A DNA stretch of 64,000 nucleotides from an uncultured Chloroflexia bacterium (GCA_963844815.1 CAWJPR010000018.1:462498-526497), one strand, 5' to 3'. Positions 19,701 to 30,331 are shown, counted from the first letter of the stretch. Program-made: numbers and translations. Notes: a model not told the origin generated them from the letters alone.

Positions 19701-20203
19701 ACGTGGGTGACCATGTTCGGCTGATCGCTGTAGAGGTAATACACCGGGATGAAGGTCTCGAAGAGCAGCGTGGTCTGATTAGCATCCCACATCTGGAGGC
19801 GAATCTGATCGACCACGGTGGTTCCGCTCGAGATAGTGAACCAGCCGGTGCCTGACCCGGTGGCGGAGGTGGGGTATAGCGGCGAGGGGTGCGCCGCGTA
19901 GTTGGGGCTGAGCGCGCCGTTGGTGAAGGGCCGGGCGAAGATGCGCACACCGCCCGCTGCGGTGGTGCTGTAACTAAAACTCAGATCGACGTTCTGGTTG
20001 TCGCGCAGGATGTTGGGCGTGTCCGGGCCGAGGCTGATGGCCGTGACCAGATGATCCCCCGGCGCGGCGACAACTTCCGGGCCGGTTCCCTGGCCGACCG
20101 GCACAACTGACGCAGAGCGACTGGCGGCCGGGGCGAAGATCAGTGTAAACAGCAGCAGGTAAACAGTGAAACGCCACGTGGTGGACTGAAATCGAGTTCG
20201 CAT
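16758..20203 (-). CDS. large secreted multidomain zinc metalloprotease (signal peptide, 3 tandem ~100-aa N-terminal repeats, HEXXH catalytic domain, Ig/PKD-like and BACON-like C-terminal domains); interrupted by about 4 apparent frameshifts
   Basis: Pieces 19313-20203, 17783-19288, 17290-17760 and 16758-17336 read as one protein. Signal peptide is MRTRFQSTTWRFTVYLLLFTLIFAPAAS. The repeat ...GSGSGTGSF..VVDQIRIQMWD.NQT.LLFE.F.PVYY occurs 3 times. Catalytic site HEIGHTRGRYH. Frame slips sit near 19385, 19275, 17775 and 17400. Confidence 0.7.
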
Positions 20204-20379
20204 GCTAGCCTCCCTTGTGCTTGTTGCGCATACTCAATTGCTCAGTAAAAAGACGGTTGGACTACGGCTCACGCTGTGGTTCACCTCCTGAGTGTGCGGA
20301 CGCCGGAGAGACGGCTCGACGCGGCACGGCTGATGGTCCTGCGAGTCACACGAGGTACTGAATCAATCTTATCATCTTT

Positions 20380-20790
20380 CGGGAAAAGTCGAGAGGTGCG
20401 TATTTCATTACCATCGTCACTTACCAGCGCGAGTTGTTATTCGACGATCCCGTATTTCGCAAGATTGTCGAGACATTCTGGCAGCGCATTCCGCAACACA
20501 TGCCGCGCATAAAGTTGGACATTTTCATCATGATGCCCAATCACCTTCACGGCATCCTATGGCTGATCAATGCTGGTCTTGGCGCTCCAGCGCGTGACAC
20601 TATTGCTTCAACTCAACCTCCAATACACCATCGACAATCCGGCCAATTGGGCGCGGGACACGGAAAACCCCGATCGATCTGTGTAGGGGCGAGGCATTCG
20701 CACCACGATTCCCGTTGATTCACCTCACCGCCATGGCAGCGATGCTGATCGACATTCCCCTCTTGGCGAATGCCTCGCCCCTACCCTCCC
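20380..20790 (+). mobile_element. decayed IS200/IS605-family (Y1 HUH, RAYT-like) transposase remnant with a perfect 19-bp inverted repeat at its 3' side
   Basis: GAYFITIVTYQRELLFDDP... and HUH motif DIFIMMPNHLHGILWL; no start codon and a degenerate C-terminus; IR GTAGGGGCGAGGCATTCGC (20683-20701) / GCGAATGCCTCGCCCCTAC (20768-20786). Confidence 0.55.
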
Positions 20791-20898
20791 CTGGCAAGTC
20801 AGACAGAAGTCAGCGAACGGCGTACTTCCCTGTCATCCATTCACAGCGAAACAGTAGTATAGTAGGCGTATTCGATGATTAAGAGCAGGAGGCACATC

Positions 20899-21210
20899 AT
20901 GACTGAAATCACCGACATCCCGTCCGCCGCAACAGCACCCCGCCCGAAGCGGGCGCCGTCACCCGCGCAGGCACGCGCGGGTGTACAAGGCATCATCAAC
21001 CTGGCGCTCATGATTTGGACCATCTGGGACATTCGCCATCGGAGCGATGACGAGATCAACGGCAAGCGCAAGCTGTGGATGATGGCGGCTTTCGCGCCCC
21101 CGATCGGCCCGATCGCCTACTTCATCTTCGGCCGCAAACGCGGCGCGCAACAGGATGAGGCTCTATCCTCTTCGGATTCAGCACCGCAGACAGAGGTAAC
21201 GCCGCTTTAA
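20899..21210 (+). CDS. small membrane protein with a PLD-nuclease N-terminal-like (PLDc_N) domain
   Basis: LWMMAAFAPPIGPIAYFIFGRK motif. Confidence 0.55.
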   Translation: MTEITDIPSAATAPRPKRAPSPAQARAGVQGIINLALMIWTIWDIRHRSDDEINGKRKLWMMAAFAPPIGPIAYFIFGRKRGAQQDEALSSSDSAPQTEVTPL

Positions 21211-21304
21211 CTTTCGCGGATGGATCCGATCGCTCCGAACCGGTTGTCGAAGCCCAGGGAGAATCACTTCTCCCGTCTATCATGCTGCGCGGAGGTATCC
21301 GCTC

Positions 21305-22022
21305 ATGGATGAGTCCAGTCTCGAAACCGCCCGCCCCGATTGGTCCTGGCTCTACAACATCGGCGGCGCAGCTGCCCTGTTCTCAGTAGCGCTCATCCCG
21401 ATCCAGACTCATGGTCTTCTCCACCGTGCCCGAGCCTGACACCGCCATAGGCTGGTTCACCCTGTTTCAGGGCAACAAACTCCTGGGGCTCCTGTCCTTT
21501 GAAGTGTTGTTTGTGGTCAACGCTGCGCTGGGCATCACGACGACGCTGGCCCTGTACATTGCTCTCAGGCAAATCAACGAATCGCTCATGGCCATCGCTT
21601 TGGCCTTTGGCTTTATCGGGACCACCGCCATCATCGTGGCGCGACCGGCCATCGATATGCTGTACCTCAGCGACCAATATGCGGCGGCGGCGACCGCGGC
21701 GCAGAGCACCCTGTTCCTGGCGGCAGGCGAGGCGCTGATCGCCCTCCGTCAGGGCACTGCTTTCCACGTGAGTTACAACCTCGCGAACATTAATCTCCTG
21801 ATCATCGCCGCCGTCATGCTGCAGAGCCGCGGCCGTGTCTTCAGCAAAGCCACCGCCTATACGGGAATTCTGTCCGGCGTCATCGGCTTTGGCCTTTACG
21901 TGGCGACGATCGGCATCTTCATCTCGGTCTTGTCGGTCTTGTTTTTTGCGATCTGGAATATCCTGATCGCCCGCCGGCTGTTCCAACTCGGGCATCTCGC
22001 AAGCAAGCGGCCTTCCCCATAA
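21305..22022 (+). CDS. DUF4386-like integral membrane protein; apparent frameshift near 21400
   Basis: ATG at 21305 (MDESSLETARPDWSWLYNIGGAAALFSVALIPIQT) continues in the frame of ORF 21411..22022 after a 1-nt slip; multiple TM helices. Confidence 0.55.
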
Positions 22023-22041
22023 GCAGGAAACAAGGCAAATC

Positions 22042-23034
22042 ATGAAATACAAAAGCGTCGTTGCGAGCGGGAGAGGCTCCACGGAAGTTCTCAAGGTCGT
22101 CGAGAACGATCTGCGCGCGCCAGCGGCCGGAGAGGCGCGGATCAAGATCCTGGCCGTGGGTGTGTGCCAGGATGACATCGCCGCCCGGGTGGGCAACCGG
22201 CCTTTTCTGCCGAAGGTGCCGTTCGTGCCGGGCTATGACATCGTGGGCGTCGTCGATGCGATCGGCGCGGGCGTGACTGCGGCGGCGGTCGGCGATCGCG
22301 TCGCGGCTTTGACGGTCTACGGCGGCTATGCCGAATACATCACCCTGAGCCAGGATAAGTTGGTGCGCGTGCCGGCCGCGTTGGACCCGGCAGAAGTTGC
22401 GCCGCTGATCTTGAACTATCTCGTCGCTTATCAGGTACTGCACCGCATGGCCCGGGTCAAGCCGGATGACAAGGTCTTGCTCATCGGCGCGAGCGGCGGC
22501 GTGGGAACGGCTTTGCTGCAACTCGGCCGGCTGGACAATCTGAAGATGTATGGCCTGGCCTCGCCCGGCAAACATGCTGCCCTGATCGAATTGGGCGCAG
22601 TCCCGCTTGACTACCGCTCGCAGGATTTTGTCGCGGTGCTGCGCCGCGCCGAACCCGGCGGTCTCGACGCCGTGTTCAATGGGATGGCCGAGGACTATCT
22701 CCGGCGCGGCATGGCCGTGCTGCGGCGCGGAGGCACATTGGTGCACTACGGCGCTCCGCAGAGCCTTGCGCGCTTCGGGCTGTTTCTGGCGCAATTCATC
22801 TGGCTCAACGTCGTGCCGGACGGCAAGGCGATTCTGGGCTACGGCACCCACCGCGTTGAGCCCCGGTTGCATAAGGAAGATTGGATCACACTCTTCACAC
22901 TGCTGGCTGAAGGCAAAATCAAACCCATCATCGCGGCGAAGTTCCCCATCCTGGAAGCGGCCCGGGCGAATCAGCTGCTGGAAAGCGGCAGCGTCGTCGG
23001 CAATGTCGTTTTGCTGGCGCCGGAATTGCTGTAA
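22042..23034 (+). CDS. zinc-binding alcohol dehydrogenase / quinone oxidoreductase (MDR superfamily)
   Basis: GroES-like N-terminus, Rossmann motif LLIGASGGVGTALLQL, 330 aa. Confidence 0.85.
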   Translation: MKYKSVVASGRGSTEVLKVVENDLRAPAAGEARIKILAVGVCQDDIAARVGNRPFLPKVPFVPGYDIVGVVDAIGAGVTAAAVGDRVAALTVYGGYAEYITLSQDKLVRVPAALDPAEVAPLILNYLVAYQVLHRMARVKPDDKVLLIGASGGVGTALLQLGRLDNLKMYGLASPGKHAALIELGAVPLDYRSQDFVAVLRRAEPGGLDAVFNGMAEDYLRRGMAVLRRGGTLVHYGAPQSLARFGLFLAQFIWLNVVPDGKAILGYGTHRVEPRLHKEDWITLFTLLAEGKIKPIIAAKFPILEAARANQLLESGSVVGNVVLLAPELL

Positions 23035-23096
23035 AATACTGCGCCGGGCAGCAGCCGTCCCCTGCTTGCTCGAAAACACTTTAGGAGAGCCTTGTC

Positions 23097-23618
23097 ATGT
23101 CGAACACCATCCTCGTCACCTACGCCAGCCGCCTGGGCGCCACCGCCGGCGTGGCCGAAGCGATCGGCAAAACACTCACGGACAACGGCGCGCAGGTGGA
23201 AGTGCGGCGCATGGAAGAGGTTACCGACCTCACGCCTTACAGCGCAGTCGTGGCCGGGAGCGCTATTCGCGGCAAGCAGTGGCTGCCGGAAGCGATGCAG
23301 TTCATGCGGACGCATCAAGCCGCCCTGCGCCAGAAACCCTTCGCCGCGTTCCTGGTGTGCATGACGCTGGCGATGAAGGACGGCGAAAAATACCGCCCGC
23401 AGGTGGCCACGTGGCTGGATCCAGTGCGCGCCCTGGTGAAACCGGTGAGCGAGGGGCTCTTTGCCGGCGTGCTGGACATCGGCCAAATCTCTTCATTCAG
23501 CGATCGCTTGAAGTTCCGTGCGAGTGTTCTCTTCGGCGTCTGGCAAGAGGGCGATCACCGGGATTGGAATGCCATCCGTGACTGGGCGACCAGACTCCGC
23601 CCGCTGCTGCTCCCCTGA
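23097..23618 (+). CDS. flavodoxin-like fold protein (HemG/WrbA-like)
   Basis: MSNTILVTYASRLGATAGVAEAIG... is a typical flavodoxin N-terminus. Confidence 0.7.
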   Translation: MSNTILVTYASRLGATAGVAEAIGKTLTDNGAQVEVRRMEEVTDLTPYSAVVAGSAIRGKQWLPEAMQFMRTHQAALRQKPFAAFLVCMTLAMKDGEKYRPQVATWLDPVRALVKPVSEGLFAGVLDIGQISSFSDRLKFRASVLFGVWQEGDHRDWNAIRDWATRLRPLLLP

Positions 23619-23628
23619 AAGACCCATC

Positions 23629-23800
23629 ATGACAACAGGCATCAAACCGATTCGTTTGGCGCCCCCTTACAAATCAGGCAGTGTCAACTGTTATCTCATC
23701 ACCACCGGCGCCGGCTATCTCCTGATCGACACGGGCAGTTCGAATCAGCGCGCCGCAGTTGAAAAAGAACTCGCTCTCTTCCAGCGCCTGGCCCCGGCCT
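23629..23800 (+). pseudogene. N-terminal fragment of an MBL-fold metallo-hydrolase (remnant)
   Basis: MTTGIKPIRLAPPYKSGSVNCYLITTGAGYLLIDTGS matches an MBL N-terminus, but no HxHxDH follows; the frame then runs into the next gene. Confidence 0.4.
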
Positions 23801-24028
23801 TCTTGGGGTTCGGTAAGTCGCAAAGAGGCAGCCCCGATGTCATCATGCGGAGGGCGTCGATCTATCGGCCTATGGCTGCGACGCGCGAGCGCTGCATTTG
23901 CCGGGGCGTTCGACAATCGATTAACGCCGCCTCCCTGTCTGCCTGGTTGACGCATCGGTTATTTGCATCTAGAATCGCCTCGCGTCGTTCGTTGTTCATT
24001 CTCACCAATCGAGAAACTGGAGAAAACT

Positions 24029-24949
24029 ATGAAACTGAAAGTGTTGAGCATCGTCGCCATCTTCATCGTCGGAGCAGCGCTGCTGAGCGCCTGCGAGAAC
24101 ATCACACCGCAGCAGGCCAAAGCCATCGTCGCCACGTACGAGGCGCTGCCTGCCCCGCAGCGCACCGCCGTCGCCGAAAAAGCCGTGACCTATTTGAAGT
24201 CCCTCACGGCCGAACAAAAGGCCGAGATCAAAGCCAAGATGGAAGCCGCACAGGCGCAGTATGTGCAGGCTCGTGACGCCGGTGCGCCTCCGCCGCCTGT
24301 GGCCGCCGCTCCCATGTCCGCGCCTGCGCCAGTCAGCGCGACCGAAGCGCCCGCCGGTCAAGCGCCGCAGATTGTCAGCTTCTTCGCTTCAGCGCCCAGC
24401 CCCGAAGAACGCAATCAGGGCGTGGCCTACTTCTTGAACTACGATACGCTGAATGCCACGCGCGTCGAGATTGCCGGCTTCGTCATGGACAATCCCGCCA
24501 CCGGGCGCTGGCCGGTGTGGGGCACCGATCCCAACACAGTGCCTCAAGAATGGTCGATCTGGGCGTCCAATGACGCGGCCTGGGTCGATCAATGGATGCG
24601 GATCGAGTTCGATACCGATCGCGGCAGCGCCTTCCAGCCGGTCAGTGTGAACAACCGCAACGTGACGCTTTCGCTGCGCGATCCGCAATACGTCGACGGC
24701 GATGCCGTGGAACTGCGCGTCAACGGCCAATCCTTGGGCAACTACGTGCTGGATGGCCGCAAGATCAGCTTCCCGCTGGTGCTGGTCGCCGGGCAGAACA
24801 CGATCGAAATCGTCTGCACCAACGCGGGCGCTGTGCCGCCCGCCATTGTCGAACTTACCCTCAGCAATGTCTCGGCTGGAAACTCAACGCAAGTTTCGCG
24901 CGCCTTGCAGGCAGGGCAAAGCGATACGTTGATCGTCACCGCGCCGTAA
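24029..24949 (+). CDS. hypothetical lipoprotein (signal peptide + lipobox LLSAC; Ala/Pro-rich linker)
   Basis: MKLKVLSIVAIFIVGAALLSAC...; start chosen at the Met before the signal peptide. Confidence 0.65.
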   Translation: MKLKVLSIVAIFIVGAALLSACENITPQQAKAIVATYEALPAPQRTAVAEKAVTYLKSLTAEQKAEIKAKMEAAQAQYVQARDAGAPPPPVAAAPMSAPAPVSATEAPAGQAPQIVSFFASAPSPEERNQGVAYFLNYDTLNATRVEIAGFVMDNPATGRWPVWGTDPNTVPQEWSIWASNDAAWVDQWMRIEFDTDRGSAFQPVSVNNRNVTLSLRDPQYVDGDAVELRVNGQSLGNYVLDGRKISFPLVLVAGQNTIEIVCTNAGAVPPAIVELTLSNVSAGNSTQVSRALQAGQSDTLIVTAP

Positions 24950-24967
24950 AGATCGCGGCTTACGAAA

Positions 24968-25012
24968 AACCGATCGGCCTGAGCTGCTTCAAGCCGATCG
25001 GTTTTGTTTTCC
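24968..25012. terminator. bidirectional hairpin terminator between convergent genes
   Basis: aaaaccgatcggc...gccgatcggtttt flanked by U-runs on both strands. Confidence 0.55.
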
Positions 25013-25024
25013 GGTCTGATCGCA

Positions 25025-25670
25025 TCAGACGGCCGCCCGGATGAACTCCTGCGCCCGCTCGGTCAGTGCGGCCCAATCGCGCGCTGCGATCAACTGCTTA
25101 TCGACCAAATTGCCGCCCACGCCCACCGCAAATGCGCCGTGCTCCAGGTACGCTTTGAGGTTGCCGCGATCGATCCCGCCGGTCGGGATCAGGCGCAGAA
25201 ACGGCAGCGGCTCGCGCACATCCTTGAGGTAACTCGGCCCCACCGACCGCGCCGGAAACACCTTGACGGCGCTCGCGCCCGCTTCCCACGCGGCGAGGAT
25301 TTCCGTCGGCGTGAGCGCGCCCGGCATCACGGCCACCTTCAGTCTGCCGGCACGTTTCGATCGTCGCGAAGTTCGTCGCCGGCGACACGATGAACTGCGC
25401 GCCCGCCTCGATCGCAGCTCGCGCCTGATCGGCGTTCAGCACCGTGCCGAGGCCGATGACGGCTTCACCGCGATCGAATTCCGGCAGCGCGGCTTTCACC
25501 TCGGCCAGCGCCTTGATCGCAGCGGGGTTGCTCAGCGTAAACTCCAGCGCGCGGATGCCGCCGGCGAGCAGCGCTCGCGACAGATCGATCGCCGTGCTCA
25601 GATCGTTCAGGCGCACGATGGCAATCATGCGGTGAACCCCGATGATTTCGATAACTTCAGCTATTGACAT
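25025..25670 (-). CDS. eda: 2-dehydro-3-deoxyphosphogluconate / 4-hydroxy-2-oxoglutarate aldolase (KDPG aldolase); apparent frameshift near 25340
   Basis: ORF 25098-25670 (MSIAEVIEIIGVHRMIAIVRL...FIVSPATN) and ORF 25025-25336 (MPGALTPTEILAAWEAGASAVKVFPA...) together make a full Eda. Confidence 0.8.
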
Positions 25671-25812
25671 GGATTGCTCCGACGTGATTCACCCTCACCC
25701 CTACACCCCTCTCCCTGCGGCCAGCCGTCCCGCCGCTGTGCGGACACGGGAAGGGAGAGGGGAATGCGCGCTTACCCTTCTCCCTGGTAGGGAGAAGGGT
25801 GGGGGATGAGGG

Positions 25813-26929
25813 TCAATATCCTCCGTACTTCCTCGCCGCTTCAAACAAAGCGATGACGTTCCGCGCGGGCACGTCGGGCTGCAAGTGGTTCGCCGGGGCG
25901 AGCACGTAGCCTCCGCCCGGCGCGAGAACCCGCACGCGCTCCTGCACTTCCGCTTCAATGCCGGCCGCGCTGCCCTGCATCGTCTGCTTGATATCGATCG
26001 CGCCCCAGAAGGTCAGTTTGTCTCCGTATTTCGCTTTGACGCCCGCCATATCCACGTTGGGCAGCGGCTCGAGGCAGTGAAAGACATCCACGCCCAGATC
26101 GATCAGGCGGCCCAGGAACGGCTCCATGCGCCCGTCGGAGTGGAACAAGATCTTCACGTGCGGCGCGGCCTCTTTGATCAAGCCGATGAGGCGGCGATAG
26201 GCCGGCGCGAAAAACCGATCGAACATCCTGGGCGAGATCAGCGGATTCGCCGCCGCGTAGTCGTCGCCGGGCAGTTCGATCATATCCAGATAGTCGCCGG
26301 CCGTGTCGAGATAGATCTCCAGCAGGCGGCACAGCACCGTCGTCACCTTGTCGATCAGCGCCGTGACAAATTCCGGATTCCGGCCCAGATCGATCATGAA
26401 CTGATCCATGCGGCGCAGGCTGTTGCAGCGTTCCAGCGGTCCGTAGGAATCACACGGGCGGCCGGCCACCGCAAAATCAGTTTTTTCTTTCAGATACTTT
26501 GCCCGCTCGCGCAATTCATCACGCCGCACCAGCTGCTCCACGGCGGGCCACGCGAACCGGTCGAGGTCGTCCACGGTCGCGGTTTCCAGCGGATAGTTCG
26601 TCGGGCCGAGGTAAATTCCCGCCTGTGTCCAGCCCACGCCCCACGCGTCGATCGCGCCGCCGCGCGCGGGACCGCCCAGGTCGGTGAAGCCCAGCCACAC
26701 ATGGCGCACATCGGTGCCCAGCGCGTCCAGCACGCGATCGTCGTAATAGTTGACCGTGTGGCCTAAACGGCGGCGAAACGGCGGCTACGGGATCGCCCAA
26801 CTTCAGTTCCCTCAGCAGTTCAAAGTACAGCGCATCGGTGATCCCATACGCGCCGCCCCAGATCGCCGTGGGCACCCGATCGGGTGGCTGATGATTGATC
26901 GCCGTCAAGACTCGTTCGCGATGGTCCAT
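25813..26929 (-). CDS. uroporphyrinogen-decarboxylase (URO-D) superfamily protein (MtaA/CmuA-like methyltransferase or decarboxylase); apparent frameshift near 26775
   Basis: The N-terminal piece in ORF 26519-26968 (MDHRERVLTAINHQPPDRVP...) and the body in ORF 25813-26733 join into a URO-D-like TIM barrel. Confidence 0.7.
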
Positions 26930-26995
26930 GCTGCCCCGTCTCTTTACGCAGTACGCACTACGCGCCACGTATTGCGTAGTGCGTAAACCGTTTCA

Positions 26996-28081
26996 TCATT
27001 TCTTCCACAAATCGATCGGCTTCTCGACCTGCGGCGGCTGATATGGCCACTCAATCTTGCGGCCCTCGCCCGCCGACTGATACGCCGCGTAGATGATCTT
27101 CAACACTTCGCGGCCGTCCTCGCCCGTCTCGATGGGCGTCTCTTGGCCCGCCACGCAGTTGACGAAGTGCTGCATCTCCTGCGGGAAGCCATAGTTCCAC
27201 GTCTCTTCAAACGTCGTGAATGTCCAGCCTTTCGTCGTGTCGGCTTTCTCCACGGCGTAACCGTAGCCCGTGTTGCTGTACGTGGTTAAGGCATTGCCGT
27301 GCAGCAAGTCCGCGCGCGTGTGCCCGTGCGAGCCGTAGATTTCCACGCGATCATCGACGCCGCCCAACTTGGCCCACGAGTTTTCGCACACGGCCATGCA
27401 GTTGCCTTCGTATTCGATCACGGCGACTGAATGATCTTCGCCCTGCGTCTTGTCGCCGTGCACGAACGTGCCCATCGTAGCCAGGACGCTCCTCACCTTG
27501 GGCTTGCCCAACACCCAACGCGTGTACTCGATCGAGTGGCAGCCCATGTCCAGCAGCACGCCGCCGCCCGATCGCTTCACATCCCAGAACCACGGCATGT
27601 GCGGACCCGGGTGCTCTTCCATCTGCTTGGCGAGGAAGACCTTGCCCAGCGCGCCTTCATCGACCAACGTTTTGGCCCGCACGTACTTCGGCGCGAACAA
27701 TAATTCCTCGGCGTACAACAGCAGCACGCCGTGCTTCCGGCATTCGTCGATCATCTGATCGGCTTCTTCGAGCGTCTTGCACAGCGGCTTCTCGCAGATC
27801 ACGTGCTTGCCCGCGCGCGCCGCGGCGACAGCAACCTGCGCGTGGAGATCGTTCGGGATCGCCACGGTTATCACGTCGATCTCCTTCAGCGCCAGCAGAT
27901 CGCGATAGTCATCGAAGGCGTGGGGGATGCCGCGCTCTTGGGCAAAGTGCGCGGCCTTGCCCGGCGTCGGCGACGCCACCGCCACGACCTCGGCGTTCTG
28001 CACGAAATGCCTGAACGAGAACTCATGCAGATCGGTCACAAACCCCGCGCCGATCAATCCGACTTTAACGGTCTTGCTCAT
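26996..28081 (-). CDS. Gfo/Idh/MocA-family NAD(P)-dependent oxidoreductase
   Basis: VKVGLIGAGFVTDLHEF Rossmann N-terminus; ICEKPL motif. Confidence 0.85.
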   Translation of the reverse strand: MSKTVKVGLIGAGFVTDLHEFSFRHFVQNAEVVAVASPTPGKAAHFAQERGIPHAFDDYRDLLALKEIDVITVAIPNDLHAQVAVAAARAGKHVICEKPLCKTLEEADQMIDECRKHGVLLLYAEELLFAPKYVRAKTLVDEGALGKVFLAKQMEEHPGPHMPWFWDVKRSGGGVLLDMGCHSIEYTRWVLGKPKVRSVLATMGTFVHGDKTQGEDHSVAVIEYEGNCMAVCENSWAKLGGVDDRVEIYGSHGHTRADLLHGNALTTYSNTGYGYAVEKADTTKGWTFTTFEETWNYGFPQEMQHFVNCVAGQETPIETGEDGREVLKIIYAAYQSAGEGRKIEWPYQPPQVEKPIDLWKK

Positions 28082-28107
28082 GGTTGGGCCTCCTGTGTTT
28101 TAGGTAA

Positions 28108-28210
28108 GTGTCGAAGCATTCTGAGCGGAGTCAGCGCAGTCGAAGAATGCGGGCTCCCCGACAGCGCGTCCTTCGACTACGTCCCTTTGGGACTCCGCTC
28201 AGGATGCTGG
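28108..28210. repeat. REP/MITE-like nested palindrome, family A variant (GCATTCTGAGCGGAGTC ... GACTCCGCTCAGGATGC)
   Basis: intercistronic between the SIS and Gfo/Idh genes. Confidence 0.65.
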
Positions 28211-28223
28211 TGGACCATCTTGA

Positions 28224-29264
28224 TCAAAAGCCTGTTTCGCTGCTGGTCACCTGCGCCGCCACACGGAACTCGCCCGGCGTGAAACCGCGCCATTCCGCTA
28301 AACGCATGGCCGCGCACTGTACCGGAATGATTTCGATCAATGGCGCAAGGGAAGCCGTCACCTCAGGCGTTGCCCACCAACCCTCAGCGGCTTCCTCCGG
28401 CCCAATTAATCTTGCCTGCCCGCCCAGCCGCTTGAGATCGTGCGCCAGCGCGATATTCAACGCGCGCGTGGGATCGCGCGGCGCAAACACGATCGCCCGG
28501 AAATGCTCGTCGACAATCTCCACCGGCCCGTGCCGGAACTGCGCGGCCTCCATCGGCACCGAGGGGAACTTGGCCACCTCATTGAACAACAGCGCGCCTT
28601 CGCAGATCGACGCTATCGCGCGGCCACGTCCCAGCAAATGGATCGCCTGCGCTCCGTCGAAAAATGGGCGCCACTCAGCACTCTGATCAACGCACCGCGG
28701 GACGTAGTCAGCCAGCGATCGGATCGCGGTCTCCAGCTCAGCGTGCGCTGCAGCGAAGGTGTTCAGCAGCGCTGCGCCCAGCAGGCGGAGCGTGATCGAC
28801 GTCGCGGTGTAGCTCTGCACGGCCACAAGATGATCCTTGCCGCCGTGAATCAAGACCGTCGCATCCGCCTCACGCGCCAGGGTACTGCCGGCCACATCCG
28901 TCACACCGACGATGCGTGTCCCCTGCGCCTTCAAAACGGGCAGCAACTTCAGCGTCTCGATCGATTCGCCGGAGCGCGAGACCAGCACGGCCACCGCGTC
29001 ACGATAAGCGTCATGCTGATAGTGCAGCAGTTCAGCCGTATCAATCACGTTTGCAGCAGCGCCCTGTTGAGCCAGCTCCGCATTCAGCCCATAACACGCA
29101 TACAACGAGCTGCCCATGCCGCTGAAGAGCAGCCGCTGGCCGGTCATCAAACGCGCGGCGTCGTGCAGCGCCGGCTTGCCCACGCCGCAGTGATAATCAA
29201 CGGTCTCGGCCAGGGACCGCGGCTGATTGAGAATATCCCGCAAGAGAGGAGAGTCGTTAATCAT
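28224..29264 (-). CDS. SIS-domain sugar-phosphate isomerase/deaminase (AgaS / GlmS-C-terminal-like, two SIS domains)
   Basis: LLFSGMGSSLYA and VLVSRSGESIETL SIS motifs; start placed at MINDSPLL. Confidence 0.75.
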   Translation of the reverse strand: MINDSPLLRDILNQPRSLAETVDYHCGVGKPALHDAARLMTGQRLLFSGMGSSLYACYGLNAELAQQGAAANVIDTAELLHYQHDAYRDAVAVLVSRSGESIETLKLLPVLKAQGTRIVGVTDVAGSTLAREADATVLIHGGKDHLVAVQSYTATSITLRLLGAALLNTFAAAHAELETAIRSLADYVPRCVDQSAEWRPFFDGAQAIHLLGRGRAIASICEGALLFNEVAKFPSVPMEAAQFRHGPVEIVDEHFRAIVFAPRDPTRALNIALAHDLKRLGGQARLIGPEEAAEGWWATPEVTASLAPLIEIIPVQCAAMRLAEWRGFTPGEFRVAAQVTSSETGF

Positions 29265-29410
29265 ACCGAACCTTTGGACACGGATGACACGGATCATACG
29301 GATTACTGAAATCAATGTCGAATCCGTGTTGATCCGTTCAATCCGTCAAACATATGCGGTGCACGAAGTCCCCATCTTTTAGGGGAATGCTCCCGTCCGT
29401 GTACAAAAAA

Positions 29411-30331
29411 TCAGCCTATCTTTAGAACGCGTGCGGGATTGTGAACCAGCATATCTTGAATCGCATCTTCGCTCAGTCCTTCGGATCGCAGCCACGGGAT
29501 GAAGCGCCACAAAATGTACGTCAGCCCCGGCCCGCCGCCTGTGCCGTAACTGGGCCAGTAGGACTTGCGCGCCAGATCGCCGCCGAGGACGATCTGGCGG
29601 CCGAAACCCGCCTTCACGGCGCGCAGGATGAACTCCACGCGCTGGCTGTCCGGCGCGTACTTCTCTTTGCTGATCTGATCGTAGCTCAACGTCACGCCCG
29701 TCTGCCACAGCGCCACGTGGTACTCCCAGTCGAGTTTGCGATCGACGTGACCGATGATGATGCGCTCCGGCGGCACGCCGTCCGCCATGAGCAATTGAAT
29801 CTGCTCCAGGCCCATCGTGCCGACTTCGGTGTGCGTGGAGATGGCCGCGCCCGTGCGCTGCTGCGCGCGCGCCGCCGCCCGAAAGACCTTCTCCTCACTC
29901 GCGGTGATGGTGTTCAAACTCGACGCGGCTTTGATCACGCCGGCCTTGATGTCCGTGCCGTCGACGCCTTCCATCACATCGCGCGCAAAGCGATCGGCCA
30001 ATTCGTCGATCGATTTGTTCGTGACGAAGCGCGCCGAGAACTTGTCTTTGTGCAGCCCGGTCGTGGCGATGAGGTGAATGCCGGTCGCTTCAGAGACGCG
30101 CTTCATCCCCGGCGCATTGCGGCCATAATCGGCGGGCGTCATATCGACCAGCGCGCAGCCGCCGGCCTGCTTGAACCACGTCAATTCTTGAAGCGCCGCC
30201 GCTTCGCTGTCCATCTCCAAATCGCGATCGCTTACGTCGGGCGGCGGGGAGCACAGCACGTGCTCGTGCGGGTAGCACACGCCGAGGTCAGAAGGATCGA
30301 TGTCACCACGCACGGTTCGAATGAAAGGCAT
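29411..30331 (-). CDS. phosphotriesterase-family (PTE/PHP) amidohydrolase; likely a sugar-lactone(phosphate) lactonase
   Basis: CYPHEHVL (HxH), ...STHTEVG..., IIGHVD metal-ligand pattern of the PTE family. Confidence 0.75.
   Translation of the reverse strand: MPFIRTVRGDIDPSDLGVCYPHEHVLCSPPPDVSDRDLEMDSEAAALQELTWFKQAGGCALVDMTPADYGRNAPGMKRVSEATGIHLIATTGLHKDKFSARFVTNKSIDELADRFARDVMEGVDGTDIKAGVIKAASSLNTITASEEKVFRAAARAQQRTGAAISTHTEVGTMGLEQIQLLMADGVPPERIIIGHVDRKLDWEYHVALWQTGVTLSYDQISKEKYAPDSQRVEFILRAVKAGFGRQIVLGGDLARKSYWPSYGTGGGPGLTYILWRFIPWLRSEGLSEDAIQDMLVHNPARVLKIG

Noticed and set aside
23518-24276. ORF 23518-24276 (252 aa) as a real gene
   Set aside because: Only its first about 55 codons (from 23629) look like an MBL-fold protein. 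The remainder is out-of-family read-through that overlaps the well-supported lipoprotein gene in another frame.
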